Source of the DNA: Flavobacteriales bacterium
Lineage (GTDB): Bacteria > Bacteroidota > Bacteroidia > Flavobacteriales > Flavobacteriaceae
Direction of reading: 5' to 3'
Assembly (NCBI GenBank): GCA_042090925.1
Contig: JBELIL010000001.1
Location: forward strand, 1-52,752
DNA length: 52,752 bases
The position numbers were made by a program, and so were the translations under genes. Of the stretch, positions 1 to 9,376 are shown piece by piece. Each line of letters begins with the position of its first letter. The first letter of the stretch is position 1. The notes beneath the pieces are model-generated. The model made no database searches, had not been told where the DNA came from, and saw nothing but the letters and a program-made list of their open reading frames with translations.

Positions 1-1
1 T

Positions 2-166
2 CTTCTACTAGCATGGATTTTAAAACATCCATCGAGAATACACCCAATAATTGGAACTACAATCAATGAGAGGGTTAAAGGTGCATGTGATTCATTAAAG
101 ATTAATTTAGATATTGAAGACTGGTTTAGTATTTTTGAGGCTCAAAAAGGAGAGAGAATACCTTAA
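2..166 (+). CDS. aldo/keto reductase family oxidoreductase, C-terminal fragment (start lies upstream of the window)
   Basis: Frame 2 is open from the window edge to TAA at 164-166. My translation is LLLAWILKHPSRIHPIIGTTINERVKGACDSLKINLDIEDWFSIFEAQKGERIP. It resembles the C-terminal end of YdhF/AKR-type oxidoreductases (LAWxLxHP...PIxGT..ER pattern). It is absent from the ORF track because it has no start codon. Confidence 0.55.
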   Translation, partial: LLLAWILKHPSRIHPIIGTTINERVKGACDSLKINLDIEDWFSIFEAQKGERIP

Positions 167-171
167 AAAAA

Positions 172-921
172 ATGAAAGAAAAAATTATTTTAATTACAGG
201 TGCGAGTAGCGGAATTGGAAAAGCAACAGCAGAAGTTCTGGGAGATGGAAAAAACAAGCTTATAATTTGTGGAAGGAGAAAAGATCGTCTTGAAAAATTA
301 AAATCTAAAATTAATGGAGAAGTACACATTTTAAATTTTGACGTTAGAGATAAAAAGTCAGTATTTGATTCTATCTCTTCACTTCCCAGTAAACTAAAAA
401 ATATAGATATATTGATAAACAATGCCGGCAACGCACATGGTATGGACTTTTCACATAAAGCAAACCTTGACGACTGGGATGCAATGATTGATTCTAACGT
501 AAAAGGCCTTATGTACGTTACTAAAGCAATACTCCCAGTAATGACAAAAAGAAATCAAGGACAGATAATAAATATGGGTTCAATTGCAGGTTTTGAGGTT
601 TATCCAAAAGGCAATGTCTACTGTGCAAGCAAATTTGCAGTTGATGCATTCACAAAAGGTTTGAGAATAGATTTAAATAAATTCAATATTCGGGTTTGCG
701 CAATACATCCTGGACTTGTAGAAACTGAATTTTCAATGGTGAGATTTAAAGGTGATGTGCAAAAATCAAAAAAAGTTTACAAAGATATTAACCCATTAAA
801 TCCGTCTGATGTTGCAAATGCAATTAATTACATGATAAATGTTCCGTTAAGAGTTACAATTTCTGATCTTACTATTTTAGCTACAGATCAAGCAAATGCC
901 ACAATAATTAACAGAAAATAA
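172..921 (+). CDS. short-chain dehydrogenase/reductase (YdfG-like NADP-dependent 3-hydroxy acid dehydrogenase family)
   Basis: 249 aa. Has the TGASSGIG cofactor motif, NNAG, and the catalytic YCASK (YxxxK). Confidence 0.9.
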   Translation: MKEKIILITGASSGIGKATAEVLGDGKNKLIICGRRKDRLEKLKSKINGEVHILNFDVRDKKSVFDSISSLPSKLKNIDILINNAGNAHGMDFSHKANLDDWDAMIDSNVKGLMYVTKAILPVMTKRNQGQIINMGSIAGFEVYPKGNVYCASKFAVDAFTKGLRIDLNKFNIRVCAIHPGLVETEFSMVRFKGDVQKSKKVYKDINPLNPSDVANAINYMINVPLRVTISDLTILATDQANATIINRK

Positions 922-924
922 CTT

Positions 925-1854
925 TTACTTCACTTCCAGCATTCTTAAAATAAAATTCTCTGGACTTTCTTGATAAATTCCTGAGAATTTCAAATTTGCC
1001 TCAATTGCATTTTTTCTTAGATAATCAGCATGCAAAAAACTATGATAAAGTACATCAAAATCAATCTCATTGTTAATCTTTATAAGATCTTTTCCAGACC
1101 TATTTGAAATATAAAAAGGCGGGTCCATTTTATCCATCATTGATGGGTAGTCAAGTAAATCTAGTAACTTTCCATCTGGCTTACCTTTGTAAAAATTTAA
1201 ATAAATTTCATCTAGCTCTGAATATGATTTTCTCATTTCATCAATATTGAATCCTCTAAAAACTTTTTCCCACGTATACACATTGTAGGAAGACTGAGCT
1301 TGTATTGCTAGAATACCCGAAATACTTTCAAATTTATTATCTCTAAAACCATTCCAAAGTGAAATTCCAGCCCCTGCTGAAACACCCGAAAGAATAATAT
1401 GGTTGTCATTTAAGTTTAATAAACTTCTACTTTTTTCTATAAATGAAATTGCATTTTTACCATCTTCAAGTGAAGTTAATACTCCTTTTGACCCTTGAGA
1501 ATCAAGAAAAGAATAATTAGCACTTACTATAATTATACCTTCTTTTATAATTTTTATAAAAATACTTGATAAATATTCTTCAAAAATATCTGTTTTGTCT
1601 CCTCCGACAAATGCTCCTCCATGGAAAAAGATTAAAAGACCTTTAGGGTTTACTAAATCTGGAATATGAATGTCTAGTTTATTCCTAGATTTTTCCCCAT
1701 ATGCAACATTTCCAAAAAATATAGACTTATTATCAATTCTCGAAATCGATGCCTTTACACCAAATTCCGACTCCAAATCTTCTAAATTATAGTTGCCCTC
1801 TTTTTTTGTACAGGCAATAAAGCATAACACTAAGGTTACCAAAAGGTATTTCAT
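925..1854 (-). CDS. alpha/beta-hydrolase (esterase/lipase, fold-3 type) lipoprotein
   Basis: HGGAF oxyanion-hole motif and GVSAG nucleophile elbow (GxSxG). The lipoprotein signal MKYLLVTLVLCFIAC begins at the ATG at 1854. The ORF track starts at 1884, which would overlap the hflX stop by 4 nt; either start is possible. Confidence 0.75.
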   Translation of the reverse strand: MKYLLVTLVLCFIACTKKEGNYNLEDLESEFGVKASISRIDNKSIFFGNVAYGEKSRNKLDIHIPDLVNPKGLLIFFHGGAFVGGDKTDIFEEYLSSIFIKIIKEGIIIVSANYSFLDSQGSKGVLTSLEDGKNAISFIEKSRSLLNLNDNHIILSGVSAGAGISLWNGFRDNKFESISGILAIQAQSSYNVYTWEKVFRGFNIDEMRKSYSELDEIYLNFYKGKPDGKLLDLLDYPSMMDKMDPPFYISNRSGKDLIKINNEIDFDVLYHSFLHADYLRKNAIEANLKFSGIYQESPENFILRMLEVK

Positions 1855-1880
1855 ATTAATTGAAAGATTTAAAATTTTAT

Positions 1881-3083
1881 TCAATTTTTTACTTTTAAAA
1901 AATAATTATTATGCGGATATCTATTAATATGAATTTTTTTAATCTCTTTAAAAATATTTTTTTTCAAATAATCAATTTTATCTTTTTTTAATGCAGATAT
2001 AAAGTAGGCTTTACCATTTATCCTAGACATCCATGTTTTTTCCCATTCTTTAATTGTATAATGCTTTGAGGTTTTAGTTGTAACCAAATCATCTTTTTCG
2101 ATTAATTCTGGCACATAGGCATCAATTTTGTTAAAAACCAAAATAATTTTTTTATTACCACATCCAATTTCCTTAAGAATTAAGTTAACCGAGTTAATAT
2201 GATTTTCAAAACAATCATGAGAAATGTCAACAATATGTAACAATAAATCCGCTTCATGAATTTCATCTAAAGTACTTTTGAAAGACTCAATAAGTTGAGT
2301 AGGTAGTTTACGAATAAATCCAACGGTGTCGCTTAACAAAAAGGGTATATCTTCTATAACAACTTTCCGAACAGTTGTGTCAAGAGTAGCAAATAATTTG
2401 TTTTCAGCAAACACATTACTTTTTGACAAAATATTCATTAGAGTTGATTTTCCAACATTTGTGTAACCAACCAAGGCAACTCTAATTACCGATCGTCGAT
2501 TATTCCTTTGCGTCTTCATTTGTTTGTCAATACTGATTAACTTTTTTTTTAGTAAGGAAATTTTGTCTCTAACTATTCTTCTATCAGTCTCTATTTCAGT
2601 TTCTCCTGGGCCTCGCATTCCAATTCCTCCTTTTTGCCTTTCAAGGTGAGTCCACAGCCCTTTTAACCTCGGTAAAAAATATTCATATTGTGCGAGTTCT
2701 ACCTGAGTTCTAGCGTAACTTGTTTTGGCTCTTTGAGCAAAGATGTCTAAAATTAAAGCCGTTCTATCCATAATTTTAGATTTTAATAATTTTTCCAAAT
2801 TAAATTGTTGAGTAGCAGAAAGCTCGTCATCAAAAACAACACTTGAAACATCATTTAGTTTAGCTAAACTTTTAATATGATCCAATTTCCCACTTCCAAT
2901 AAATGTTTTTGGATTAGGAACTCTCATTTTTTGTGTTATTCTTTTTACAACTATTCCTCCAGCTGTTTTAACTAAAAATTCAAGTTCGTCAAGGTACTCA
3001 ACTGCTTGATTAAAATCGTCTGCCTTTTTAATTAATCCGACTATAATAACTTTTTCTAGCGATTTTTTATTGACATCAAGCAT
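1881..3083 (-). CDS. hflX: GTPase HflX
   Basis: 400 aa. Has the HflX N-terminal domain followed by the G-domain motifs GYTNVGKST (G1), DTVGF (G3) and NKID (G4). Confidence 0.92.
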   Translation of the reverse strand: MLDVNKKSLEKVIIVGLIKKADDFNQAVEYLDELEFLVKTAGGIVVKRITQKMRVPNPKTFIGSGKLDHIKSLAKLNDVSSVVFDDELSATQQFNLEKLLKSKIMDRTALILDIFAQRAKTSYARTQVELAQYEYFLPRLKGLWTHLERQKGGIGMRGPGETEIETDRRIVRDKISLLKKKLISIDKQMKTQRNNRRSVIRVALVGYTNVGKSTLMNILSKSNVFAENKLFATLDTTVRKVVIEDIPFLLSDTVGFIRKLPTQLIESFKSTLDEIHEADLLLHIVDISHDCFENHINSVNLILKEIGCGNKKIILVFNKIDAYVPELIEKDDLVTTKTSKHYTIKEWEKTWMSRINGKAYFISALKKDKIDYLKKNIFKEIKKIHINRYPHNNYFLKVKN

Positions 3084-3855
3084 CTAAGATATTCCAGTAT
3101 TTTAATTTTAATTCTGAACCGTCAAATTCAGCATAAGTGTAATGGTCAATCCAATCTCCTAAATTAATGTACCTTGAGCCATTATCAATTTTTATATCAC
3201 ATGGATAGTGTTGATGTCCGAAAAGAAAAAAATCTCTATTCTTTACTTCATTTTTCATTTTTGCATAATCAATTAACCAATTGTTTTCTTGCTTTTGAAG
3301 TTTTTCATTTCTTTTCCCTGATATAATTTTATTTTTAACTGAAAAGTAATGTCCTAATTTCATTCCTATGTCTGGATGTATCCACCTAAACATAGTTTGA
3401 AAAATCGAATTTCTAAAAATTTTTTTCATGATTTTGTAACCTATGTCATTAGGACCTAACCCATCACCATGACCTATGAAAAATATTTTTCCATTAATTT
3501 GAAATTCTCTGGTTTGGTAATATACTTTGATTCCTAACTCTTCTTCAAAGTAATTGATCATCCATTGATCATGGTTACCTACAAAAAAAAATACAGGGAT
3601 ACCGCTATCAGAGATCTCAGCAATTTTCCCCAGTACTCTTATAAAACCCTTTGGAACAACTGTCTTGTATTCATACCAAAAGTCAAATAAGTCTCCAAGT
3701 AAAAAAAGAGCTCCAAGATCTTTTTTAATATAATTTAACCATTTTAAAAAATGTGATTCTCTAATTTTACTTTCATTGAGATTAGGAGCACCTAAGTGAT
3801 TATCTGAGGCGAAGTAAATTTTCTTTCCTTTTGGTATTGTAATTTTATTTTCCAT
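3076..3855 (-). CDS. lpxH: UDP-2,3-diacylglucosamine diphosphatase (LpxH-type metallophosphoesterase)
   Basis: 259 aa. Calcineurin-like motifs SDNHLG, GDLFDFW, GNHD and GHGD. Size and motifs fit LpxH. Overlaps hflX by 8 nt. Confidence 0.75.
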   Translation of the reverse strand: MENKITIPKGKKIYFASDNHLGAPNLNESKIRESHFLKWLNYIKKDLGALFLLGDLFDFWYEYKTVVPKGFIRVLGKIAEISDSGIPVFFFVGNHDQWMINYFEEELGIKVYYQTREFQINGKIFFIGHGDGLGPNDIGYKIMKKIFRNSIFQTMFRWIHPDIGMKLGHYFSVKNKIISGKRNEKLQKQENNWLIDYAKMKNEVKNRDFFLFGHQHYPCDIKIDNGSRYINLGDWIDHYTYAEFDGSELKLKYWNILDA

Positions 3856-3870
3856 TTTTTATCTAGAAAA

Positions 3871-5022
3871 TTAGTTTAGTGCTCTATCTAGATCATCAAT
3901 AAGATCATCAATGTCTTCAATTCCAACACTGAGCCTTATTAAAGAGTCTAATAATCCACTTTTTTCTCTTTCTTTTTTTGGAATAGATGCGTGAGTCATG
4001 CTTGCTGGATGCCCAACTAAACTTTCAACTCCTCCTAAGGATTCTGCCAAGGTGAAAACACTCATTTTTTTTATAATTTGTTCGGCCCTTTGATAATTTG
4101 CACCTTTAGGAATAAATGAAAGCATTCCCCCAAAATCTTTCATTTGTTTTTTTGCTACATCAAAAAACCTGGTGTTTTTAAATCCTGGCCAATAAACCTT
4201 TTCAATTTTTTTATGCTTCTGTAAAAATTCTGCAATCTCACTGCAATTTTCACAATGTCTTTGCATTCTAACATGTAGAGTTTTTATTCCTCTTAGAGTC
4301 AAAAAACAGTCCATAGGTCCTGGAACAGCACCAGAAGCATTTTGAATAAAGGTGAGTTTTTCTGCTATTTCATCATTGCTTGTAACGATTGACCCCAAAA
4401 TTAAATCACTATGGCCTGCTAGATACTTAGTAGCTGAATGCATAACAATATCCGCTCCCATATCGATCGGCTGTTGAATATACGGTGAAGCAAAAGTATT
4501 ATCAACTGCTGTTATAATATTTTTACTTTTTGCTAGTTTACAAACAGTCTTTATATCAATTATGTTCATCATCGGATTTGTTGGAGTTTCAATCCAAATC
4601 AACTTTGTTTTAGAATTAATTTTATTTTTTAAATTTTCCACCTTGCTGAGATCTTCAAAATGAAATTTTAATCCAAATCCGGAAAATATTTTTTGAAATA
4701 GCCTGTAAGAACCACCATATAAATCATAAGTAGATATAATTTCGTCTCCAGGCTTAAGAAGCTTCATAATTGCATCAATTGCAGCCAAGCCTGATGCAAA
4801 CGCAAGTCCGTGCTTACCATTTTCAATTGAAGCTAAGGAGTTTTGCAATGCTTCTCTAGTTGGGTTGTGTGTTCTACTATACTCAAAACCCTTGTGAACC
4901 CCAGGTGATTCTTGTTTATATGTTGAGGTTTGATAAATTGGTGGCATAACGGCTCCGTATCCTTTTTCAAATACCTGCCCGCCATGAATCGTTTTTGAAT
5001 TAAACTTTAGTTTTTTTTTCAC
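3871..5022 (-). CDS. PLP-dependent Cys/Met-metabolism enzyme (cystathionine gamma-synthase / beta-lyase / methionine gamma-lyase family)
   Basis: 383 aa. Has the PLP-lysine motif SATKYLAGHSD and the family-typical N-terminus TIHGGQ...PPIYQTSTY. Starts at GTG. Confidence 0.88.
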   Translation of the reverse strand: MKKKLKFNSKTIHGGQVFEKGYGAVMPPIYQTSTYKQESPGVHKGFEYSRTHNPTREALQNSLASIENGKHGLAFASGLAAIDAIMKLLKPGDEIISTYDLYGGSYRLFQKIFSGFGLKFHFEDLSKVENLKNKINSKTKLIWIETPTNPMMNIIDIKTVCKLAKSKNIITAVDNTFASPYIQQPIDMGADIVMHSATKYLAGHSDLILGSIVTSNDEIAEKLTFIQNASGAVPGPMDCFLTLRGIKTLHVRMQRHCENCSEIAEFLQKHKKIEKVYWPGFKNTRFFDVAKKQMKDFGGMLSFIPKGANYQRAEQIIKKMSVFTLAESLGGVESLVGHPASMTHASIPKKEREKSGLLDSLIRLSVGIEDIDDLIDDLDRALN

Positions 5023-5038
5023 CGTTTAGAATAATTTA

Positions 5039-5046
5039 CAAAGTTA
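5039..5046 (-). promoter_or_regulatory. candidate Bacteroidota -7 promoter box (TAACTTTG) for the metC-like/lpxH/hflX/esterase unit
   Basis: Exact TAnnTTTG match on the minus strand, 17 nt upstream of the GTG start at 5022. Confidence 0.4.
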
Positions 5047-5112
5047 ATACAATACCTTAATTATTGTTTGATTTAAATAAAATTCATTTAATTTACGGAT
5101 TCAAAAAATAGA

Positions 5113-5454
5113 ATGAATCAATTCATATATCTAGGTAATTGTGACACATGTAAGCGCATTATAAAAGAAGTTAATCTACCGAAAAATATAATACTTAGAG
5201 ATATAAAGAAAACCCCACTTAAAGCGAATGAATTAAAATCATTTAAGGATATTACTGGAACTTTTCGGTCTCTTTTAAATAATCGAGCACAAAAACTTAA
5301 AAATATTGATAAATCAACTTTAAGTGAGGAAAAAATTTTTTTATTGTTAAATGAACATTACACTTATTTAAAGAGACCCATTCTTCATATCAATGGTCAA
5401 CTTTTAATTGGTAATAGTAAAAAAAATATAGAGGCAATTAAAAATATTTTTTAA
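5113..5454 (+). CDS. ArsC/Spx/MgsR-family thioredoxin-fold protein (YffB-like)
   Basis: 113 aa. N-terminal CDTC (CxxC) motif, with ...YLKRPIL...IGNSKK typical of the ArsC-like family in Flavobacteriia. Confidence 0.7.
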   Translation: MNQFIYLGNCDTCKRIIKEVNLPKNIILRDIKKTPLKANELKSFKDITGTFRSLLNNRAQKLKNIDKSTLSEEKIFLLLNEHYTYLKRPILHINGQLLIGNSKKNIEAIKNIF

Positions 5455-6350
5455 TGAAAATGAGGCGTACTGCTTTTTTAGCGGCACTTGGAGCAACAAC
5501 TATTTATGCGCTAAACCACACTATTGCAAAAGTTATCATGCCAAATTACATCGGAGCATTTGGATTGGTATTGCTTCGTGTAATTGGGGCTTCCATTCTA
5601 TTTTGGATTGCAAGTTTTTTTTTTAAAAGTGAAAGAATTGAATTTAGTGATTATCCAAGGCTTTTAATAGCTTCTATCTTCGGAATGTGTGTGAACATGC
5701 TAGCATTTATTAAAGGTCTTAGTTTATCCACACCCATTAATGGAGCTGTTATAGTTACTTTAACCCCTCTTTTTGTATTAATTATATCTGCATTCTTAAT
5801 TAAAGAAAAAATAACACTTATTAAATTTGGAGGAATTATATTAGGGTTTTCCGGGGCAGTAACACTAATTGCATATGGAAACTCTTTCACTTTAAATGCT
5901 CCAAATATTCCGTTAGGAAATACATTGATGGTTTGCAACGCATTAAGTTTTGGAACTTATTTGGTTATATCTAAGCCTCTTGTTAAAAAATATAATACAA
6001 TTACTTTAATGAAGTGGATGTTTCCTCTAGGCATTTTATATAACCTCCCCTTTACTTTAAATGAATTTATGTTGGTTGATTGGTTTAATCTGCCTTTTCA
6101 TGCAATTTGGAGAATGGGCTTTGTTGTCATTTGCACTACTTTTTTAGCTTATCTTTTCAATATGTTTGCGCTTCAATATCTTCAAGCAACCACTATTAGC
6201 TCATTTACATACTTTCAGCCAATAATTGCAGTTGGCTATGCTTCCATTACGGGTAATGATAAATTGGACTGGATAAAATTTGTTTCTTGTTTGATGGTTT
6301 TCTCTGGTGTATATCTAGTCACAAAAAGAAAAAAAAGAAAAAAATTATAG
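5454..6350 (+). CDS. EamA/DMT-family transporter
   Basis: 298 aa and about 10 hydrophobic helices arranged as two EamA-like halves. The start overlaps the preceding stop (TAATG). Confidence 0.8.
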   Translation: MKMRRTAFLAALGATTIYALNHTIAKVIMPNYIGAFGLVLLRVIGASILFWIASFFFKSERIEFSDYPRLLIASIFGMCVNMLAFIKGLSLSTPINGAVIVTLTPLFVLIISAFLIKEKITLIKFGGIILGFSGAVTLIAYGNSFTLNAPNIPLGNTLMVCNALSFGTYLVISKPLVKKYNTITLMKWMFPLGILYNLPFTLNEFMLVDWFNLPFHAIWRMGFVVICTTFLAYLFNMFALQYLQATTISSFTYFQPIIAVGYASITGNDKLDWIKFVSCLMVFSGVYLVTKRKKRKKL

Positions 6351-6383
6351 CTAAAAATTCATAAATTGCAGATAATAAATTTT

Positions 6384-6884
6384 ATGAAAAAAATAAACAT
6401 TCTTTTATTACTTTTTCTTCTTATTTCTTGCGGTGGAAACACAGACAGTAAGAAAAACAGTTTTGAATACAAAAAAATTGAAAAAAAAGGTATCAACTTA
6501 GATAAAAAGTCTAAAGAAGCTGTCATCATTATAAATTCAAGTGATTTAATGAAATTTGATCAAAATGAATTAATAGTTTTTGAAGGGCAGAAAATAACTT
6601 TAACTCTAAACCACACGGGCAAAATGAGCAAGGAAATTATGGGACACAATTTTGTTCTTTTAAAGAAAGAGACTGACTTAAATGATTTTGCTCAAAGAGC
6701 CATGCTTGCCAGAGAAAATGAATACATCCCTGATGGAGATGAAACAATTGCTTACACAAAAATGATCGGTGGTGGCGAGAGCCATACAATTACATTTTCG
6801 GCTCCAGAAAAAGGCTCTTACACCTATATATGTACATTCCCTGGACATTACGGACTAATGAAGGGTATCCTAATCGTGAGTTAG
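6384..6884 (+). CDS. azurin-type blue copper protein (cupredoxin), lipoprotein
   Basis: Type-1 Cu ligand motifs GHNFVL and CTFPGHYGLMKG (Cys-x4-His-x3-Met, nearly identical to the azurin FCTFPGHSALMKG). Lipobox LLISCGG. I prefer the ATG at 6384 (MKKINILL...) over the TTG at 6366 in the track. Confidence 0.88.
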   Translation: MKKINILLLLFLLISCGGNTDSKKNSFEYKKIEKKGINLDKKSKEAVIIINSSDLMKFDQNELIVFEGQKITLTLNHTGKMSKEIMGHNFVLLKKETDLNDFAQRAMLARENEYIPDGDETIAYTKMIGGGESHTITFSAPEKGSYTYICTFPGHYGLMKGILIVS

Positions 6885-6886
6885 TT

Positions 6887-7534
6887 TTAAATAGCCCAAA
6901 TTAAACCTCCAGTGGTTTCCTCTAAATCAACACATCCTTTTTGTTCTCCTGGGACAGGTCTGTAATCGAGTACATTTTTGCCTATATATTCGTTAAATCT
7001 GTATCCCTTAGCAGTCCACTGCCTAAGCGTTATTAAAGAAGAGTAAGCAAGCGCCTCTTGTGGAGCATCGTTGAAATTTAGATCCTTCGGAGTTTTTGAC
7101 CAATAATTTTTTGCTGATTTACTCCATTTTTTGTTTGTAGAATTTTCAGCCATTAGGAACTTCTTTAACTGATTTTCGTAATCACTAATTTTTAATTCAC
7201 CTATTTTATCTTTTAAAGCTGAGTTTAGAGTATCATTAATTAGGCACTCTAGGCTAAACAAATAACTTTTCTGAGATTCTTTATTTAATATAAGTTTGGC
7301 ACAAATATCCACCCATTTGTGCAATCCAAGCTCTATTCCCCCTGGAATATCTTTCGTTTTGGGAATTATAAGTTCAATATAATTTGATATGAAATCAATT
7401 TGAGAATTTGATAAAAGTTTGGGGATCCATTTTGATTCATTTTGACAGCTACTTAGCAGGCTCACCAAAGTAGGGGTTGCAGAAACAGCTCCAAGGGAAA
7501 ATCCAATATTTTTAAGTACTTTTCTTCTATTCAT
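6887..7534 (-). CDS. gluconate 2-dehydrogenase subunit 3-like small subunit (Tat hitch-hiker partner of the GMC dehydrogenase)
   Basis: 215 aa. Twin-arginine signal MNRRKVLKNIGFSLGAVSA. Starts 2 nt after the GMC gene stop, which is the typical pairing. Confidence 0.75.
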   Translation of the reverse strand: MNRRKVLKNIGFSLGAVSATPTLVSLLSSCQNESKWIPKLLSNSQIDFISNYIELIIPKTKDIPGGIELGLHKWVDICAKLILNKESQKSYLFSLECLINDTLNSALKDKIGELKISDYENQLKKFLMAENSTNKKWSKSAKNYWSKTPKDLNFNDAPQEALAYSSLITLRQWTAKGYRFNEYIGKNVLDYRPVPGEQKGCVDLEETTGGLIWAI

Positions 7535-7536
7535 AA

Positions 7537-9234
7537 CTAAATATTGATTTTTTTAAGCTCATTCACAGCGTGATTTACCGCCCTTGCTGTCATCGCCATA
7601 TACGTTATAGAGGGGTTTGTGCATCCAGCCGAAGTCATAAAGGCACCATCAGTCACATATACATTTAGAACACTATGAATTTGATTATTTCCGTTTAGCA
7701 CAGATGTCTTCGGATTACGTCCCATTCTTGCTGTTCCCATTTCATGAATCCCGTGTCCCATAACATAATTATTATCATGGCCCTTAACATTTTTAAATCC
7801 TGCATTTTCAAGCATTTCTACAGCTTGGCCCTTCATGTCTTTTCGCATATTTAGTTCGTTTTCCCTAATTTTTGCGTCAAAGGAAATGGTAGGTAAACCC
7901 CACTTATCAGTTTTATTGTAATCCAGCATCATTTTGTTGTCATGATATGGTAGTATTTCTCCAAAAGCACCTAGAGATATTCCCCATTCCCTGGGCTTTA
8001 ATAATTCCTCTTTGAATTTAGTCCCATAAGCGCTTTCTATTGAGGATGGTTTATGCGAACCTCTGCTTCCCCCTCCTTGGTAACCATATCCTCTTAAAAA
8101 GTCTTTACGATTAGTTTTACCACCAAGATTACGAAATCTGGGTAAATAAGTTCCATTTGGTCTTCTGCCTGTAAAATATTTATCCTCATAGTTATCCGAA
8201 ACACCTTTAGCTCCTACTTGAAAGTGATGGTCCATTAAATTGTGTCCTAGCTCTCCTGAATCATTACCCATCCCGTTTGGAAATCTATTTGATTTTGATT
8301 GCATAAGAATCGATGCTGAGGCAGCTGCTGATGCACATAAAAAAACAACTTTTGACTTATATTCATAAGTCTTTTTGCTTTCTGTATCAATTACTTTGAC
8401 TCCAGTTGCTTTTTTTTGATTTTCATCATAAATAATTTCATATACAATTGAATTAGGCCTTAGAGTTAAGTTTCCAGTTTGTTCTGCAGCCGGAAGAGTC
8501 GACGAATTTGAACTGAAATAAGATCCAAATGGACATCCTCTTCTACATCTATTTCTGTACTGGCACGAAACCCTACCTAAACCTTTTTTTGTTCCTTCAG
8601 TAATATGAGCTACTCTACCTATAGTTAGTGTTCTGTCGTTATAATTTTCATGAAGTGATTTTTTTAAGTCTTTTTCAACACAATGCATTTCCATTGGTTT
8701 CAAAAATTTACCGTCCGGTAATTGTGGTAAACCCAATTTTTCCCCGCTAATTCCTATATATTCTTCCACATAGTCATACCATGGGGCAATATCCTTGTAT
8801 CTTATTGGCCAATCGACAGCAACACCCTCTTTTGCGTTGGCTTCAAAATCAAAATCACTGAGTCTATAAACTTGTCGGCCCCATGTCAAGGATCTACCCC
8901 CTACATGATAGCCTCTTAACCAATTAAATGGTTTTATTTCATTATATGGGTGGTCTAGGTCATCAACAAAAAAATGTTTTGAATGTTCTTTAACCTGACC
9001 TGTTCGAGTCTGTACTGGTTGTCTTTTTCTTATTTCAGCGGTTTTTACATCACCCGCAGGGAAATCCCATTCATCCATATTCATAGTAGAGTAATCTTCA
9101 ATGTGCTTGACCAATCTACCCCTGTCTAAGACAAGTGTTTTAAGTCCTTTTTCTGTAAGCTCTTTTGCTGCCCAGCCTCCACTTACTCCAGTTCCAATAA
9201 CTATTGCATCGTAGTTACTCTCAATATTTTCCAT
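7537..9234 (-). CDS. GMC-family FAD-dependent oxidoreductase (sugar/glycoside dehydrogenase catalytic subunit)
   Basis: 565 aa. N-terminal FAD fold YDAIVIGTGVSGG, GMC-type C-terminal region (HEMGTARMG), and a Cys-rich CQYRNRCRRGCPFG motif. No signal peptide. Confidence 0.9.
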   Translation of the reverse strand: MENIESNYDAIVIGTGVSGGWAAKELTEKGLKTLVLDRGRLVKHIEDYSTMNMDEWDFPAGDVKTAEIRKRQPVQTRTGQVKEHSKHFFVDDLDHPYNEIKPFNWLRGYHVGGRSLTWGRQVYRLSDFDFEANAKEGVAVDWPIRYKDIAPWYDYVEEYIGISGEKLGLPQLPDGKFLKPMEMHCVEKDLKKSLHENYNDRTLTIGRVAHITEGTKKGLGRVSCQYRNRCRRGCPFGSYFSSNSSTLPAAEQTGNLTLRPNSIVYEIIYDENQKKATGVKVIDTESKKTYEYKSKVVFLCASAAASASILMQSKSNRFPNGMGNDSGELGHNLMDHHFQVGAKGVSDNYEDKYFTGRRPNGTYLPRFRNLGGKTNRKDFLRGYGYQGGGSRGSHKPSSIESAYGTKFKEELLKPREWGISLGAFGEILPYHDNKMMLDYNKTDKWGLPTISFDAKIRENELNMRKDMKGQAVEMLENAGFKNVKGHDNNYVMGHGIHEMGTARMGRNPKTSVLNGNNQIHSVLNVYVTDGAFMTSAGCTNPSITYMAMTARAVNHAVNELKKINI

Positions 9235-9314
9235 AAAACTCTATAATTCTAATCCTTTGTTGTGTAAAATTAATTATTAATTATATAATGTGTATTTTTA
9301 AATGGTATATATTT

Positions 9315-9322
9315 TAAATTTG
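9315..9322 (+). promoter_or_regulatory. candidate -7 promoter box (TAAATTTG) for the 9377-14508 operon
   Basis: Exact TAnnTTTG match 55 nt upstream of the ATG at 9377, in the divergent spacer 9235-9376. Confidence 0.35.
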
Positions 9323-9376
9323 ACAATATAAAAGAATATTTTTTAAAAGGTTTGTAAATTTTAATCACTTTTAATT

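Noticed and set aside
6366-6383. Longer TTG-initiated versions of several ORFs appear in the track: azurin at 6366, TIM barrel 2 at 12693, tetR at 31058, tolC at 31674 and the glycosyltransferase at 17860.
   Set aside because: In each case a downstream ATG begins a proper signal peptide or conserved N-terminus. That choice removes an overlap with the upstream gene or with a promoter box. The longer forms are probably artefacts of taking the longest ORF.
9268-9282. An AT-only palindrome, AATTAAT-T-ATTAATT, lies in the divergent spacer of the sugar-oxidation locus and could be an operator.
   Set aside because: It consists only of A and T in a very AT-rich spacer. Palindromes of this kind are expected by chance, and no regulator gene is adjacent.
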